NCBI GenBank assembly: GCA_049599895.1
Contig: JBMYPC010000039.1
Location: forward strand, 1 to 23,922
Reading direction: 5' to 3'
Length of the DNA: 23,922 bases
From: Bacteriovoracaceae bacterium
GTDB taxonomy: Bacteria; Bdellovibrionota; Bacteriovoracia; Bacteriovoracales; Bacteriovoracaceae
The notes below the pieces were generated by a model, which saw only the letters and a program-made list of their open reading frames with translations, was not told the origin of the DNA and made no database searches. The translations under genes and the position numbers were made by a program. How positions within the stretch are numbered: position 1 is the stretch's first letter; the number at the start of each line of letters is the position of its first letter. This document shows, piece after piece, positions 15,265 through 23,922 of the stretch.

Positions 15265-16490
15265 TAAAGATCATAGAGAAAAATCCGACTTTCAATCTTC
15301 CCATTACGAACAGGAATTCTCTTCGTCGTTTTTAACTGAATTTGTTTTCGAAGATCTGGATTGGAAGTGAAAATCATCGCTCGAGACTCTTTAAACTTAT
15401 TTTTAATTGTTTCTCCAATTTCATAATAAAGCTTTTCCACTTCTTCTTCTTCTCCCATTCTGATGGCGTAAGGAGGGTTCATCAGAAGAAAACAACTTTC
15501 AGCAAGCGGAGTTGCCTCTAGGAAATCAAGTTTTTCAAATGTGATTCTTTCGTAATCAAGACTAAGTTTTGAGAGGAATCTTCTAAGCGCTGATCCTGAT
15601 TTTCCTTGAAGGTCACTGGCGAACCAATTGAAATCGTCACTAATTTCAAACTCTAATGCTTCAGCGATTTGATTTCGAAAGTTATCGAGAAGATCGTGAT
15701 TATCTTTTGTTACTGGGAATTTAAAACAACTCCATGAATGAGATTTCTTAAGATTAAGAACTTGAGGTGAAATTTTGTTTTTTAATAAAAAGCATTCGAT
15801 AATCAGTGTCCCGCTTCCACACATCGGATCATAGAAAGTCGTGAAGTCTTTTTGAGTTTCATTTAAAGAGGCCAGGACGATTCCTGCGGCAAGGTTTTCT
15901 CGCATTGGCGCTTCGAAACCTTTTTCACGATAGCCACGCATAAAAAGTGAAAAGCCAACAAAGTCGACAAAGAGCTCTCCTTGAAATTTTTTATTACGGC
16001 TATTTGCGGGAGAGATATGAAAATAAAACTGAGTTGTGGGATTTTCTTTTTCAACTTTTGGAGCTTCCCCCCGGTGAAAACAGCCGACAACTCCATCTTT
16101 TACAACCTGGTTAATGAAATAAGAGTTTTTAAATTCTTTCATTACTCGATGGTCGATTTTATTTTTAATTAAAAAAGTGTCTCTTTTATCGAGATAATCT
16201 CGAACTCTTGCTTTTGAGATTTTCTCAGGAATCTCGCTTTCATGGTCAAACTCAAAATAGTCGATTCGAAGCCAGGCCCTACTAATGCAACGCGACCATA
16301 TACTGATTCGAAAAGCGTCTTCAAAAGTGACTTTTAATGCGATGCCACCGTTTTGAATGGCCTTCTTTTTATCAACACTTATCCCCAGTTCAGTGATTTC
16401 TTTGAGAGCTGTCTCTTCAAGTCCTTTCGATGTTGGGAAAAAGAATTTAAAAGTTAATGGTTTTTGTGTTTTTGGGGAACTTGAGTTCAC
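15261..16490 (-). CDS. THUMP-domain class I SAM-dependent RNA methyltransferase (RlmL-like)
   Basis: GLEETALKEI, SLFMRGYR, APMRENLAAGI, DPMCGSGTLIIE, NPPY; no fused RlmK half. Confidence 0.9.
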   Translation of the reverse strand: MNSSSPKTQKPLTFKFFFPTSKGLEETALKEITELGISVDKKKAIQNGGIALKVTFEDAFRISIWSRCISRAWLRIDYFEFDHESEIPEKISKARVRDYLDKRDTFLIKNKIDHRVMKEFKNSYFINQVVKDGVVGCFHRGEAPKVEKENPTTQFYFHISPANSRNKKFQGELFVDFVGFSLFMRGYREKGFEAPMRENLAAGIVLASLNETQKDFTTFYDPMCGSGTLIIECFLLKNKISPQVLNLKKSHSWSCFKFPVTKDNHDLLDNFRNQIAEALEFEISDDFNWFASDLQGKSGSALRRFLSKLSLDYERITFEKLDFLEATPLAESCFLLMNPPYAIRMGEEEEVEKLYYEIGETIKNKFKESRAMIFTSNPDLRKQIQLKTTKRIPVRNGKIESRIFLYDLY

Positions 16491-16602
16491 GGATACGCCT
16501 TCAAATGTTTGTAACCTGAGAGTTGCAATGATATAAATTCTAGCAATTTCAAATATTATTAATGATATGCGTTTAGCACATTCCGTTACGTGGAGGCAAT
16601 TA

Positions 16603-17895
16603 ATGTCAAATGATTACAAAGTAGCTGATATCTCTTTAGCTGACTGGGGAAGAAAAGAAATTAAAATCGCTGAGTCTGAAATGCCAGGACTCATGGCACT
16701 TAGAGAAGAATACGCTGATTCTCAACCTTTAAAAGGTGCAAAGATCGCAGGATGTCTTCACATGACAATCCAAACAGCAGTTCTTATTGAAACTCTTACA
16801 GCTCTTGGAGCAGAAGTAAGATGGTCTTCATGTAATATCTATTCAACTCAAGATCACGCAGCTGCGGCTATTGCAGCGACAGGTGTTCCTGTTTTTGCTT
16901 GGAAGGGAATGACTGAGGAAGAATTTGATTGGTGTATTGAACAAACTCTGAGATGGGCCGATGGATCACCACTTAATATGATTCTTGATGATGGTGGAGA
17001 CCTTACCAATATGGTTCTTGATAAAAACCCTGAAATGGTTCCAGGAATCAAAGGTCTTTCAGAAGAAACAACAACTGGTGTTCATAGACTTTATGAAAGA
17101 GTGAAAAATGGAACTCTAACTATGCCAGCAATTAACGTTAACGACTCTGTGACAAAGTCAAAATTTGATAACCTATACGGATGTCGTGAATCTCTTTGTG
17201 ATGGAATTAAAAGAGCAACTGATGTGATGATCGCAGGGAAAACTTGTGTTGTTGCTGGTTACGGTGATGTTGGTAAAGGTTGTGCCGGAGCTTTTAAAGG
17301 TCTTGGTGGACGAGTTGTCGTTACTGAAATTGATCCAATCTGTGCTCTTCAGGCAGCAATGGAAGGTTATGAAGTCATGAAGATGGATGATGCCGCTAAG
17401 ATTGGTGACATCTTCGTAACAACTACTGGTTGTGTTGATGTCATTAAAGACAGTCACCTTGATTCAATGAAAGATATGGCGATTGTTTGTAACATTGGTC
17501 ACTTTGATTCAGAAATCAATATTAAACACCTTCACGATACATACACTGAAGATAATATTAAGCCTCAAGTTGATCAGTATACAGCTAAAGACGGAAAGAG
17601 AATTATCCTTCTTGCTCAAGGACGACTTGTGAATCTTGGTTGTGCTACCGGACACCCAAGTTTTGTTATGAGTAACTCTTTTACAAACCAAGTTCTAGCG
17701 CAGATTGAGCTTTGGGAAAACTCTCAAAACTATGAGAACCAGGTTTATATGCTTCCTAAGAAGCTTGATGAAAAAGTTGCGAAATCTCACCTTGCTCGCA
17801 TTGGAGTTGATATTGATACACTAAGCACTCAACAAGCTGAGTACTTAAGCATCAATGTTGAAGGCCCATACAAACCAGAGCATTACCGTTATTAG
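16603..17895 (+). CDS. ahcY: Adenosylhomocysteinase
   Basis: [76 protein letters not shown]. Start revised to ATG 16603 with GGAGG SD. Confidence 0.97.
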   Translation: MSNDYKVADISLADWGRKEIKIAESEMPGLMALREEYADSQPLKGAKIAGCLHMTIQTAVLIETLTALGAEVRWSSCNIYSTQDHAAAAIAATGVPVFAWKGMTEEEFDWCIEQTLRWADGSPLNMILDDGGDLTNMVLDKNPEMVPGIKGLSEETTTGVHRLYERVKNGTLTMPAINVNDSVTKSKFDNLYGCRESLCDGIKRATDVMIAGKTCVVAGYGDVGKGCAGAFKGLGGRVVVTEIDPICALQAAMEGYEVMKMDDAAKIGDIFVTTTGCVDVIKDSHLDSMKDMAIVCNIGHFDSEINIKHLHDTYTEDNIKPQVDQYTAKDGKRIILLAQGRLVNLGCATGHPSFVMSNSFTNQVLAQIELWENSQNYENQVYMLPKKLDEKVAKSHLARIGVDIDTLSTQQAEYLSINVEGPYKPEHYRY

Positions 17896-17904
17896 ATCGA
17901 GAGA

Positions 17905-18363
17905 TTGAACTTGAAAGTTTACATCGGATCTGACCACGCAGGATTTAAACTCAAAAGTCTCCTTCTTCAAAAGTTTGAAGAAGGAGTTTTTGGAGACTAT
18001 ACAGTTGAAAACCTTGGCACAAACTCAGATGAAAGTTGTCATTACCCCGAGTTTGCCAAGGTCGTAGCTGAGAAGGTTCAAGGAGACAAAGACTCTCTTG
18101 GGATCCTCGTTTGTGGCTCTGGGATTGGTGTTTCAATGGTCGCTAATCGCTTTAAGTCTGTGAGAGCTGCTCTTTGCAGAAGCTCAAAAGATGCCGAGAT
18201 GTCGAGACTTCACAACAATTCAAATGTCATTTGTCTTGGAGAGAGGTTCCACGAAGACTTTAATGAAGCGGTCGAGATCGTGAAAACTTGGCTTTCCACT
18301 TCATTCGAAGGGGGAAGACATCAAGGGCGAGTTGATCTATTCGACTCTCTTGGGGAAGGTTAG
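17905..18363 (+). CDS. rpiB: Ribose-5-phosphate isomerase B
   Basis: GSDHAG, YPEFA, CGSGIGVSMVANR, RLHNNSNVICLGER, FEGGRH; TTG start. Confidence 0.93.
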   Translation: MNLKVYIGSDHAGFKLKSLLLQKFEEGVFGDYTVENLGTNSDESCHYPEFAKVVAEKVQGDKDSLGILVCGSGIGVSMVANRFKSVRAALCRSSKDAEMSRLHNNSNVICLGERFHEDFNEAVEIVKTWLSTSFEGGRHQGRVDLFDSLGEG

Positions 18364-18366
18364 ATC

Positions 18367-19044
18367 ATGGGTCTTGGTTTGATTGAAAAAATCTCGTTCT
18401 CTCTTGTTTTTCTTTGTGTGATTGTTGGAGTCATCTTTTCTCATCAAGATCTTAATTTCTATAACGATTGGTATACAGTCGAAGACGGTTTTATTGAGTG
18501 GCTTACAGTGGCAGCACTTTTGTTCGGTTCATTTGTGGCTTTTTATCGTGCGAATATTCTCGCTCCATTTAGAGGGTTTAGATTTAAAATCTTCTTAATT
18601 TTCTTAGGGCTTCTTTTCTTCTTTGCAGTTGGTGAAGAGATTTCCTGGGGACAAAGACTGATCGGATATGACAGTCCGGCTTTCTTTTATAAATTCAATT
18701 CTCAAGGTGAAACCAATATTCACAACCTTGTGCTTGGTGGGAAAAGAATTAACAAAATCATTTTCGGAACACTTCTAGGTATTTGCATTGGTTTTTATTT
18801 CCTTATTCTTCCTGTCCTTTACAGAAAGGTTGCAAAAGTTAAGAGCTTAGTGGATGCCTGGGCAGTTCCTATTCCCAAATGGGTCCATGTTGGGCTCTAT
18901 CTCTTTTTGGTTGTTCTGACTGAGCTTGTGAGTGGTCATAAAAAAGGTGAGCTTCTTGAGTTTGGTGGCTGTTGGATTTTTGTTCTTATGTTTGTTGAGC
19001 CTTTGAACCGTGAGATCTTTTCAAGAAAATCATTTGAGCGCTAA
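18367..19044 (+). CDS. Uncharacterised multi-pass membrane protein (EEISWGQR-type)
   Basis: About six hydrophobic segments; EDGFIEW, GEEISWGQR, NSQGETNIHN; starts 3 nt after the rpiB stop. Confidence 0.8.
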   Translation: MGLGLIEKISFSLVFLCVIVGVIFSHQDLNFYNDWYTVEDGFIEWLTVAALLFGSFVAFYRANILAPFRGFRFKIFLIFLGLLFFFAVGEEISWGQRLIGYDSPAFFYKFNSQGETNIHNLVLGGKRINKIIFGTLLGICIGFYFLILPVLYRKVAKVKSLVDAWAVPIPKWVHVGLYLFLVVLTELVSGHKKGELLEFGGCWIFVLMFVEPLNREIFSRKSFER

Positions 19045-19193
19045 AGCCTTATAACTCTCTAAAATCATAAACTTTTTTCAAAGTTACTCTATAGATTTTA
19101 CCCGTTGGAAAACCTCTTTATTCAAATCTCAGATTGCTTTATAAAGTTCTCAATGAATCAGCAAGTGATAGACCACATTGATTTTGAGAGCTT

Positions 19194-19385
19194 GTGGCAC
19201 GATTTGTTCAGCGCCTCGATTTCGAAGCCGAGGATCTTAAGAAGCTAACCGAAAAACCAGGATCGAAAAGACGAAGCTATGAAGAACTTTCGATTGAGCC
19301 TCTTCAGGGGGCGATATTAAGTTTCATCGTGCTTATGGGAATCGCCTTAAATCTCATTGTTGTTGGAGCAGGAATGGCTCTTTAG
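19194..19385 (+). CDS. Small hypothetical protein with a C-terminal transmembrane helix
   Basis: 63 aa; ends AILSFIVLMGIALNLIVVGAGMAL; fills an intergenic gap; start uncertain. Confidence 0.45.
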   Translation: MARFVQRLDFEAEDLKKLTEKPGSKRRSYEELSIEPLQGAILSFIVLMGIALNLIVVGAGMAL

Positions 19386-19394
19386 GGCTAGAGT

Positions 19395-20135
19395 CTAAAG
19401 ACGACCAGTAAACTTTAGAAAACGAAGTTTAAGCACCATAAAAAGCGCCTCAAAAATAATCGAGCCACCCATCTTCGAAACCCCATGTTGTCTTTCATGA
19501 AAAACAATAGGCACTTCTTTTACCGAAAGCCCTTTCGACCAAACTTTGTAATTCAGTTCAAGTTGAAAGACATAGCCATTAGAAAGAATATTTTCAAGAT
19601 CAAGAGACTCGAGAGCTTTACGCTTAAAACACTTAAAGCCGCCTGTGGCATCAAGGACGGGAATACTTGTGACAAGTCGAATATAAATCCCTGCGACGTA
19701 CGAAAGAAGAAGTCTTTTAAATGGCCAGTTGATGATTCGAATTCCATCAATATAACGTGAGCCAATAACGAGTTCATGAGTTTGAGCTGCACTTAAAAGA
19801 TCTTTCACGCTTTTGGGGTCATGTGAGAAATCACAGTCCATTTCAAAAACGTACTCATAGCCTTTTTCAAGAGCCCATTTAAAACCTGTTACATAGGCTG
19901 TACCTAGCCCAAGCTTTCCTGTTCTTTCAAGAATATGAAGGTTTGGTTGCTTCTCTTGATATCTTTTAACAACGTCAGCTGTTCCATCAGGAGATCCGTC
20001 ATCAATAATAAGAATGGAAACTTCTGGATAGAGCCCAAAAACGGTATTCAGCATATTTTCAATATTCTGGATCTCGTTAAACGTAGGAATAATAATAACA
20101 GTTTGGTTAAATGGCAGTTTTTCTTCTGAATTCAT
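19395..20135 (-). CDS. Polyprenol monophosphomannose synthase-like glycosyltransferase (GT2, DPM1-like)
   Basis: IIIPTFNE, IDDGSPDGT, GLGTAY, EMDCDFSHDP (DxD), IGSRY, DATGGFKC, EVPIVFHERQHGVSKM. Confidence 0.92.
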   Translation of the reverse strand: MNSEEKLPFNQTVIIIPTFNEIQNIENMLNTVFGLYPEVSILIIDDGSPDGTADVVKRYQEKQPNLHILERTGKLGLGTAYVTGFKWALEKGYEYVFEMDCDFSHDPKSVKDLLSAAQTHELVIGSRYIDGIRIINWPFKRLLLSYVAGIYIRLVTSIPVLDATGGFKCFKRKALESLDLENILSNGYVFQLELNYKVWSKGLSVKEVPIVFHERQHGVSKMGGSIIFEALFMVLKLRFLKFTGRL

Positions 20136-20205
20136 GGGGCTTAGTAAACCAGTTTATTTGAAAACTGTAAATCATTCTTGAGCTGAGATTAAGGGGGATT
20201 AGGGC

Positions 20206-21927
20206 TTATTCCAGCTCAAGGCGTCGTTTTGCCGTTAACTGATAGCGTCGAGAAATAATATCAAAGATAGGGCGGTCTTTATCGGTGTTAATTGCCGCTT
20301 TTTTCGCTGCTTTTTCTGCATAGTTTCTTACTTGGCTTCCTGGAGTGCGCTTTTTCTTCATAAACTTCTTAGCGTAATTATTCTTGGATTTTTTCCTACT
20401 CGATCTTCTTCTCTTTCTGTAATTGTAAATACTCTGAGAGCCTTTGTTTTGTTTATAACTGTCAAGGTTTTGCAGATGAAGCTGGCCACCAGACTTAAGT
20501 CCTGCTGCAAACTTTTGCGCTTCAGGTGTATTAGCTGGAGCATTCGCAAGAGCTGCAGCAAGTCTTGGAGGAATTCCTAGTTTTGACATCGAAAGTGCTT
20601 CTTTAGTTTGAGCTGGATTAAGCTTAATCTTTTTCTTTGGAAGTTTTTTATTAAGGTCACGAAGCTTCTTTGCAATTGCTGATTGAGTTTGAAGTCCTGT
20701 CGATGAAAGGCTTCCTGAACTGAGTTGACCGTTTGTAAAGCCAGCGATTTGAGAGCCGACATTCTTTGAAACAGAAGCGGGAAGTCCATTGAGTTTTGTA
20801 ACCTTTAAAAACTGCTGATCAAAACAAGTTCTTGTGTTCATACAATTACAAGCAGGATCTGCTTTAAGACTACTATCAACACAAGTGGTCCTGATCGCCG
20901 TGCTCGCGATGCTGTTGGTGTGAAGACCTTTTAAGCAATAATTAGGATCGTTTTGAGTTTCTGGTTGAGCACAATAGCAGTCTTTATCTGTCACAGGGTT
21001 ACAATCGCCTCTTCCCGGGAGGGCGTCAGCGATCGCTCTTGCTTTATTGGCCGCATCTTCATGGGCCTTAATCTCACTTTGGAAAAAAGCGGTCATCAAA
21101 TAAGAAGCAGCAAGCTTAAGACCTAAGTTCCAATCGATTTGAGCAAAACCAAGATAAGCTGTGTAGCAAACAGCTGTCACACCCCAACCGTTTCTTTGGA
21201 TTTTAGCATTATCAGCTCTTTCAGAATGACTTCGAGCTGAACGATAGAGCATGTCTTTTTGAGCTGTTTCTGCATTTGTAGGAAGACTATTTAGATCATT
21301 TTGGACATTTTGTTGTTGAAAGGTTGCAATCACTTCAGTGGCAACAGCAATGTATTTACAATAATCGTTAAGACCTTCGTCTTTGTCAGCCTTAGCATCG
21401 GTTCCAGTTTTAGCGGCATCAGTTTTGCCTTTATTAAAGAAGCCACCTTTTTTAAATTTTCCACCAATGGCCCCTGCTCCAATGACCATTGAGTAAGCTT
21501 TTGAAAGGGCCTTAATAAGATTACCATCAATTCCTAGAAACTTTGTTTTCGCTTCCATTCCATAGCAAACTTCGTAGTTATCACCCTGACATTCTTCATC
21601 CATCTGACGCTTACTGAGTCCTTGGTGAATGTAGTTTTCTGAAACTTGTTTTTCAGCATCGCTAAGATTGTCAGTGTTTTGTTCTTTTTGATTCGTGACT
21701 GCTGAAGATGTTGATGGAACGTAGGTCTTATCGACACCACCACCTGATTGAATATCTTGATTGGTAAGAGTGTCGTTGATTCTCTGTTCGTCTGATAAGC
21801 GCTTATTAGGATCATCAAGTGTACTCGAGCCAGAAAGGGTTGGAGTCGTTACCTGCGCGATTGATTCCTGGGAATAAAGAATGATTCCAAAGCAAAGTAT
21901 AAATAATGATTTAATCAACCTGGTCAC
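20206..21927 (-). CDS. Large hypothetical secreted protein, Cys-rich core and basic C-terminus
   Basis: 573 aa; signal peptide ending ESIA; 12 mature Cys; central hydrophobic helices; K/R-rich tail ending IFDIISRRYQ... Confidence 0.8.
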   Translation of the reverse strand: MTRLIKSLFILCFGIILYSQESIAQVTTPTLSGSSTLDDPNKRLSDEQRINDTLTNQDIQSGGGVDKTYVPSTSSAVTNQKEQNTDNLSDAEKQVSENYIHQGLSKRQMDEECQGDNYEVCYGMEAKTKFLGIDGNLIKALSKAYSMVIGAGAIGGKFKKGGFFNKGKTDAAKTGTDAKADKDEGLNDYCKYIAVATEVIATFQQQNVQNDLNSLPTNAETAQKDMLYRSARSHSERADNAKIQRNGWGVTAVCYTAYLGFAQIDWNLGLKLAASYLMTAFFQSEIKAHEDAANKARAIADALPGRGDCNPVTDKDCYCAQPETQNDPNYCLKGLHTNSIASTAIRTTCVDSSLKADPACNCMNTRTCFDQQFLKVTKLNGLPASVSKNVGSQIAGFTNGQLSSGSLSSTGLQTQSAIAKKLRDLNKKLPKKKIKLNPAQTKEALSMSKLGIPPRLAAALANAPANTPEAQKFAAGLKSGGQLHLQNLDSYKQNKGSQSIYNYRKRRRSSRKKSKNNYAKKFMKKKRTPGSQVRNYAEKAAKKAAINTDKDRPIFDIISRRYQLTAKRRLELE

Positions 21928-22196
21928 AGTAAGCCTTAGTATTTATTAAGTACATAATGATTCATGCACATTCCCTCTAATTCTTATTTTAGCACTGAAT
22001 GTTGAAACCTATAGATGGCAAGAAGTGCAGCTTCTCGATGCTTCTTGTAATAACGGTAGGTTAGGGGCAAGTCCAGAAGTTGAAACTTCGAAACATCCCT
22101 GCCAAAAATTCTTTGTTTCAGCTTCTTAGACAGCAGTTTTACAGGTTTTACTAAAAGTTTGATCGCTGCTAACATAAGTTCTTAAGGAGTAAACAT

Positions 22197-22748
22197 ATGC
22201 CTAATTTAAGCAGCGAAAAGCCAGTCATTCAGCCAGATCTTTCTCATTCGATGGTTCATTATCTTTTAACCATTCATAAACTAAAAGAAGAGAAAGGTTA
22301 CGCTCGTGTAACAGATATTGCTAAGGATCTGCAGCTAACAAAAGGCTCTGTTTCGACTGCTCTTACGAATTTAAAAAAACGCGGTTTAGTAGCTGAAGAA
22401 GAGGACAGTAAGTTTCTTCTTCTGACTGAAGATGGACATAAAGAGGTCCATCAAATTCTTTCGGCTAGAACTCTTCTTTATTATTTTTTAAAAGACTTTG
22501 TTGGAGTTTCGCCTGAAACTGCGGAAAAAGATGCCTGTTTAATGGAGCACCTCTTGAGCCGTGAGACGGGACATAAGTTTTTTGATTTTTTAAAGAAATT
22601 GGCCTGTTCTTGTGAAGAAATGGAAAAAGCAAATGTTCCATCTTCTTTGAGATTCGACCTTTCGCTTGATTTATGTGAATTCAAAGATTCCATCAGTTTC
22701 TTTGAAAGCCAAAAAGGCGACAGGCATCTTCCTGCGGATAAGAACTAA
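22197..22748 (+). CDS. DtxR/MntR family metal-dependent transcriptional regulator
   Basis: YLLTIHKL...ARVTDIAKDLQLTKGSVSTALTNLKKRGLV (wHTH), LTEDG, AEKDACLMEHLLS; AAGGAG SD. Confidence 0.92.
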   Translation: MPNLSSEKPVIQPDLSHSMVHYLLTIHKLKEEKGYARVTDIAKDLQLTKGSVSTALTNLKKRGLVAEEEDSKFLLLTEDGHKEVHQILSARTLLYYFLKDFVGVSPETAEKDACLMEHLLSRETGHKFFDFLKKLACSCEEMEKANVPSSLRFDLSLDLCEFKDSISFFESQKGDRHLPADKN

Positions 22749-22817
22749 AAATATTTTAGTCAGTTTTTAAAACTCCTCTAAGTTGAAGAAATTTCGAAGT
22801 TCTGTCATCATTAATGA

Positions 22818-23672
22818 ATGATGCCGAGATTAATAGTCACACTATTTTTTGTTTTATTTTCAGGACATCTTTTTGCCCAAGAGATTGTCGAAATTAACGG
22901 AAAAGTCATTAGCTTTGAAGCGGAGTCTTATGAGATTCCTCTTAAAGCGAGAGTTGCAATTAAGAATAGAAAAAGAAAAACTGTTGCCATTGCTCGAGTG
23001 ATCTCAGCTCAAGGAGATGGAGTTTATAGTGCGAAGATTGTTAAAAAGAAAAAAAGAGCAAAGATTAGAATTGGTCAAAGAGTCCATATCTCAAAAAAAT
23101 TCAAAATAGGCGTTGTTTCAAAAAGTAAGTCAAAGCGATCTGACAGAAAAAAGAAGAAAACAAAAAGCGACAAAAAGAATTATTCGTGGGGCATAAGACT
23201 TCATCCTACATCTATGTTCACAGGGGCCAATGAATTAGAGCTTGAATTTAGTCGTAAAGGAAGTCCTGGATCATTTGCTGTCGGAGTAGGAAGCATTAGT
23301 TTTGAAGACAGTGGAAAAGATATTTCTGGCTTAAGTATTGTGACAAAGTACAATCACTATTTCTCGGGACGTTCAATCAGTAAGGGTCTCTATGCGAGTG
23401 GTATATTTTCTCTGAGTTCTTTAGAGTACGAAGGGGCAGCAAACAGTGGTGATATTCTCAATGTCTCGGTATATGGGATGTTACTTGGTGGGACAATCAA
23501 TTATCAATTATTCTTAGGACGTTTTGTATTTTCAGCGGGAGCAGGGGGAGGCTTTAATCTTCTTCCAGGCGAGGTCGAAGGGCAAAACTCTTCCGGACAA
23601 ACAGTGGTCCTTGAAATTCCCAATGCCGGATTCACTCCTATTCTTAACATTAATCTTGGCTATATGTTTTAG
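22818..23672 (+). CDS. Outer-membrane beta-barrel protein (DUF3575-like) with a small N-terminal beta domain and Lys-rich linker
   Basis: Signal peptide ending HLFA; C-terminal amphipathic strands (YNHYFSG...GLYASG...INYQLF...FSAGAGGGF); ends LNINLGYMF. Confidence 0.75.
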   Translation: MMPRLIVTLFFVLFSGHLFAQEIVEINGKVISFEAESYEIPLKARVAIKNRKRKTVAIARVISAQGDGVYSAKIVKKKKRAKIRIGQRVHISKKFKIGVVSKSKSKRSDRKKKKTKSDKKNYSWGIRLHPTSMFTGANELELEFSRKGSPGSFAVGVGSISFEDSGKDISGLSIVTKYNHYFSGRSISKGLYASGIFSLSSLEYEGAANSGDILNVSVYGMLLGGTINYQLFLGRFVFSAGAGGGFNLLPGEVEGQNSSGQTVVLEIPNAGFTPILNINLGYMF

Positions 23673-23922
23673 TCGACTCCAATCCATTTCGCTCCAATCG
23701 CAAAAGAATAGTTATTAATACCATCACTTGCTCCTAGTGCTACATAAGGAATAAAGATTTTATTGGGAAACTCTGCACCAATAGAAAAATTCATCTTTTT
23801 GACTTTGTTTGTAAGAATAAGACTTTTTGTTTTCTTATTCGAAAATGTTTCTTTTAGAGAGTGGTAGTGAATACCAAAGAAGGGGAGAAACTCTCTTGTC
23901 GCTTGATGAATAAAAAAGGTGT
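23669..23922 (-). CDS. C-terminal part of a probable beta-barrel outer-membrane protein (5' part outside window)
   Basis: Manual translation is open from the window edge to TAA at 23669: ...FLPFFGIHYHSL...MNFSIGAEFPNKIFIPYVALGASDGINNYSFAIGAKWIGVD*. Confidence 0.65.
   Translation of the reverse strand, partial: TFFIHQATREFLPFFGIHYHSLKETFSNKKTKSLILTNKVKKMNFSIGAEFPNKIFIPYVALGASDGINNYSFAIGAKWIGVD

Noticed and set aside
15261..16490. NPPY methyltransferase as the DNA MTase partner of the 14446 nuclease-like gene
   Set aside because: THUMP region, RGYR and APMRENLAA motifs mark it as an RlmL-type RNA methyltransferase; the genes are convergent.
16491..16602. SAH or SAM riboswitch upstream of ahcY
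   Set aside because: Short AT-rich region without the GAGGAGCG...CAGGCUC-type core or other convincing stems.
19195..19210. TGGCACG sigma54 -24 box
   Set aside because: The -12 position reads GTTCA (no GC) and it overlaps the ORF start, with no suitable downstream gene.
22114..22132. TGTTTC-N7-TAGACA as a third copy of the activator palindrome
   Set aside because: Spacing differs by 2 bp and no convincing -24/-12 box is nearby.
21984..22175. 63-aa minus-strand ORF in the divergent intergenic region
   Set aside because: No recognisable motif or SD; occupies the expected promoter space.
1339..23718. Remaining short ORFs in the track nested in or antisense to longer genes (e.g. 1339-1602, 5435-5737, 7532-7864, 10906-11506, 17173-17457, 19485-19760, 23524-23718)
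   Set aside because: They overlap well-supported genes and show no motifs; consistent with shadow ORFs.

Overview
AT-rich bacterial chromosomal segment, densely coding, with no rRNA, tRNA, CRISPR array or transposase that I can recognise. Gene content and style (many secreted hypothetical proteins, a FecR-domain protein without a sigma factor, sigma54-type promoters, RxPA[S/N] motifs) suggest a Bdellovibrionota predator such as Bacteriovoracaceae; this is inference, not a database result. Housekeeping genes: IscS-like cysteine desulfurase, glutamate dehydrogenase, pfkA, acyl-CoA dehydrogenase, RlmL-like THUMP methyltransferase, ahcY, rpiB, DPM1-like GT2 and a DtxR/MntR regulator. They are interspersed with an orphan parAB pair and many envelope or secreted proteins. 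The most notable observations are: (i) two envelope genes sharing a sigma54-type promoter plus a TGTCTW-N5-TARACA upstream palindrome; (ii) a Slam/DUF560-like TPR + beta-barrel gene divergent from a FecR-domain secreted protein; (iii) a lipoprotein with an N/Y-rich prion-like tract; (iv) a probable non-canonical ATA start overlapping the gdh stop; (v) a stand-alone ComM N-terminal domain whose SD and AUG lie in a leader hairpin; (vi) an orphan PD-(D/E)XK nuclease-like gene; (vii) a degenerate 5'-nucleotidase-like lipoprotein.
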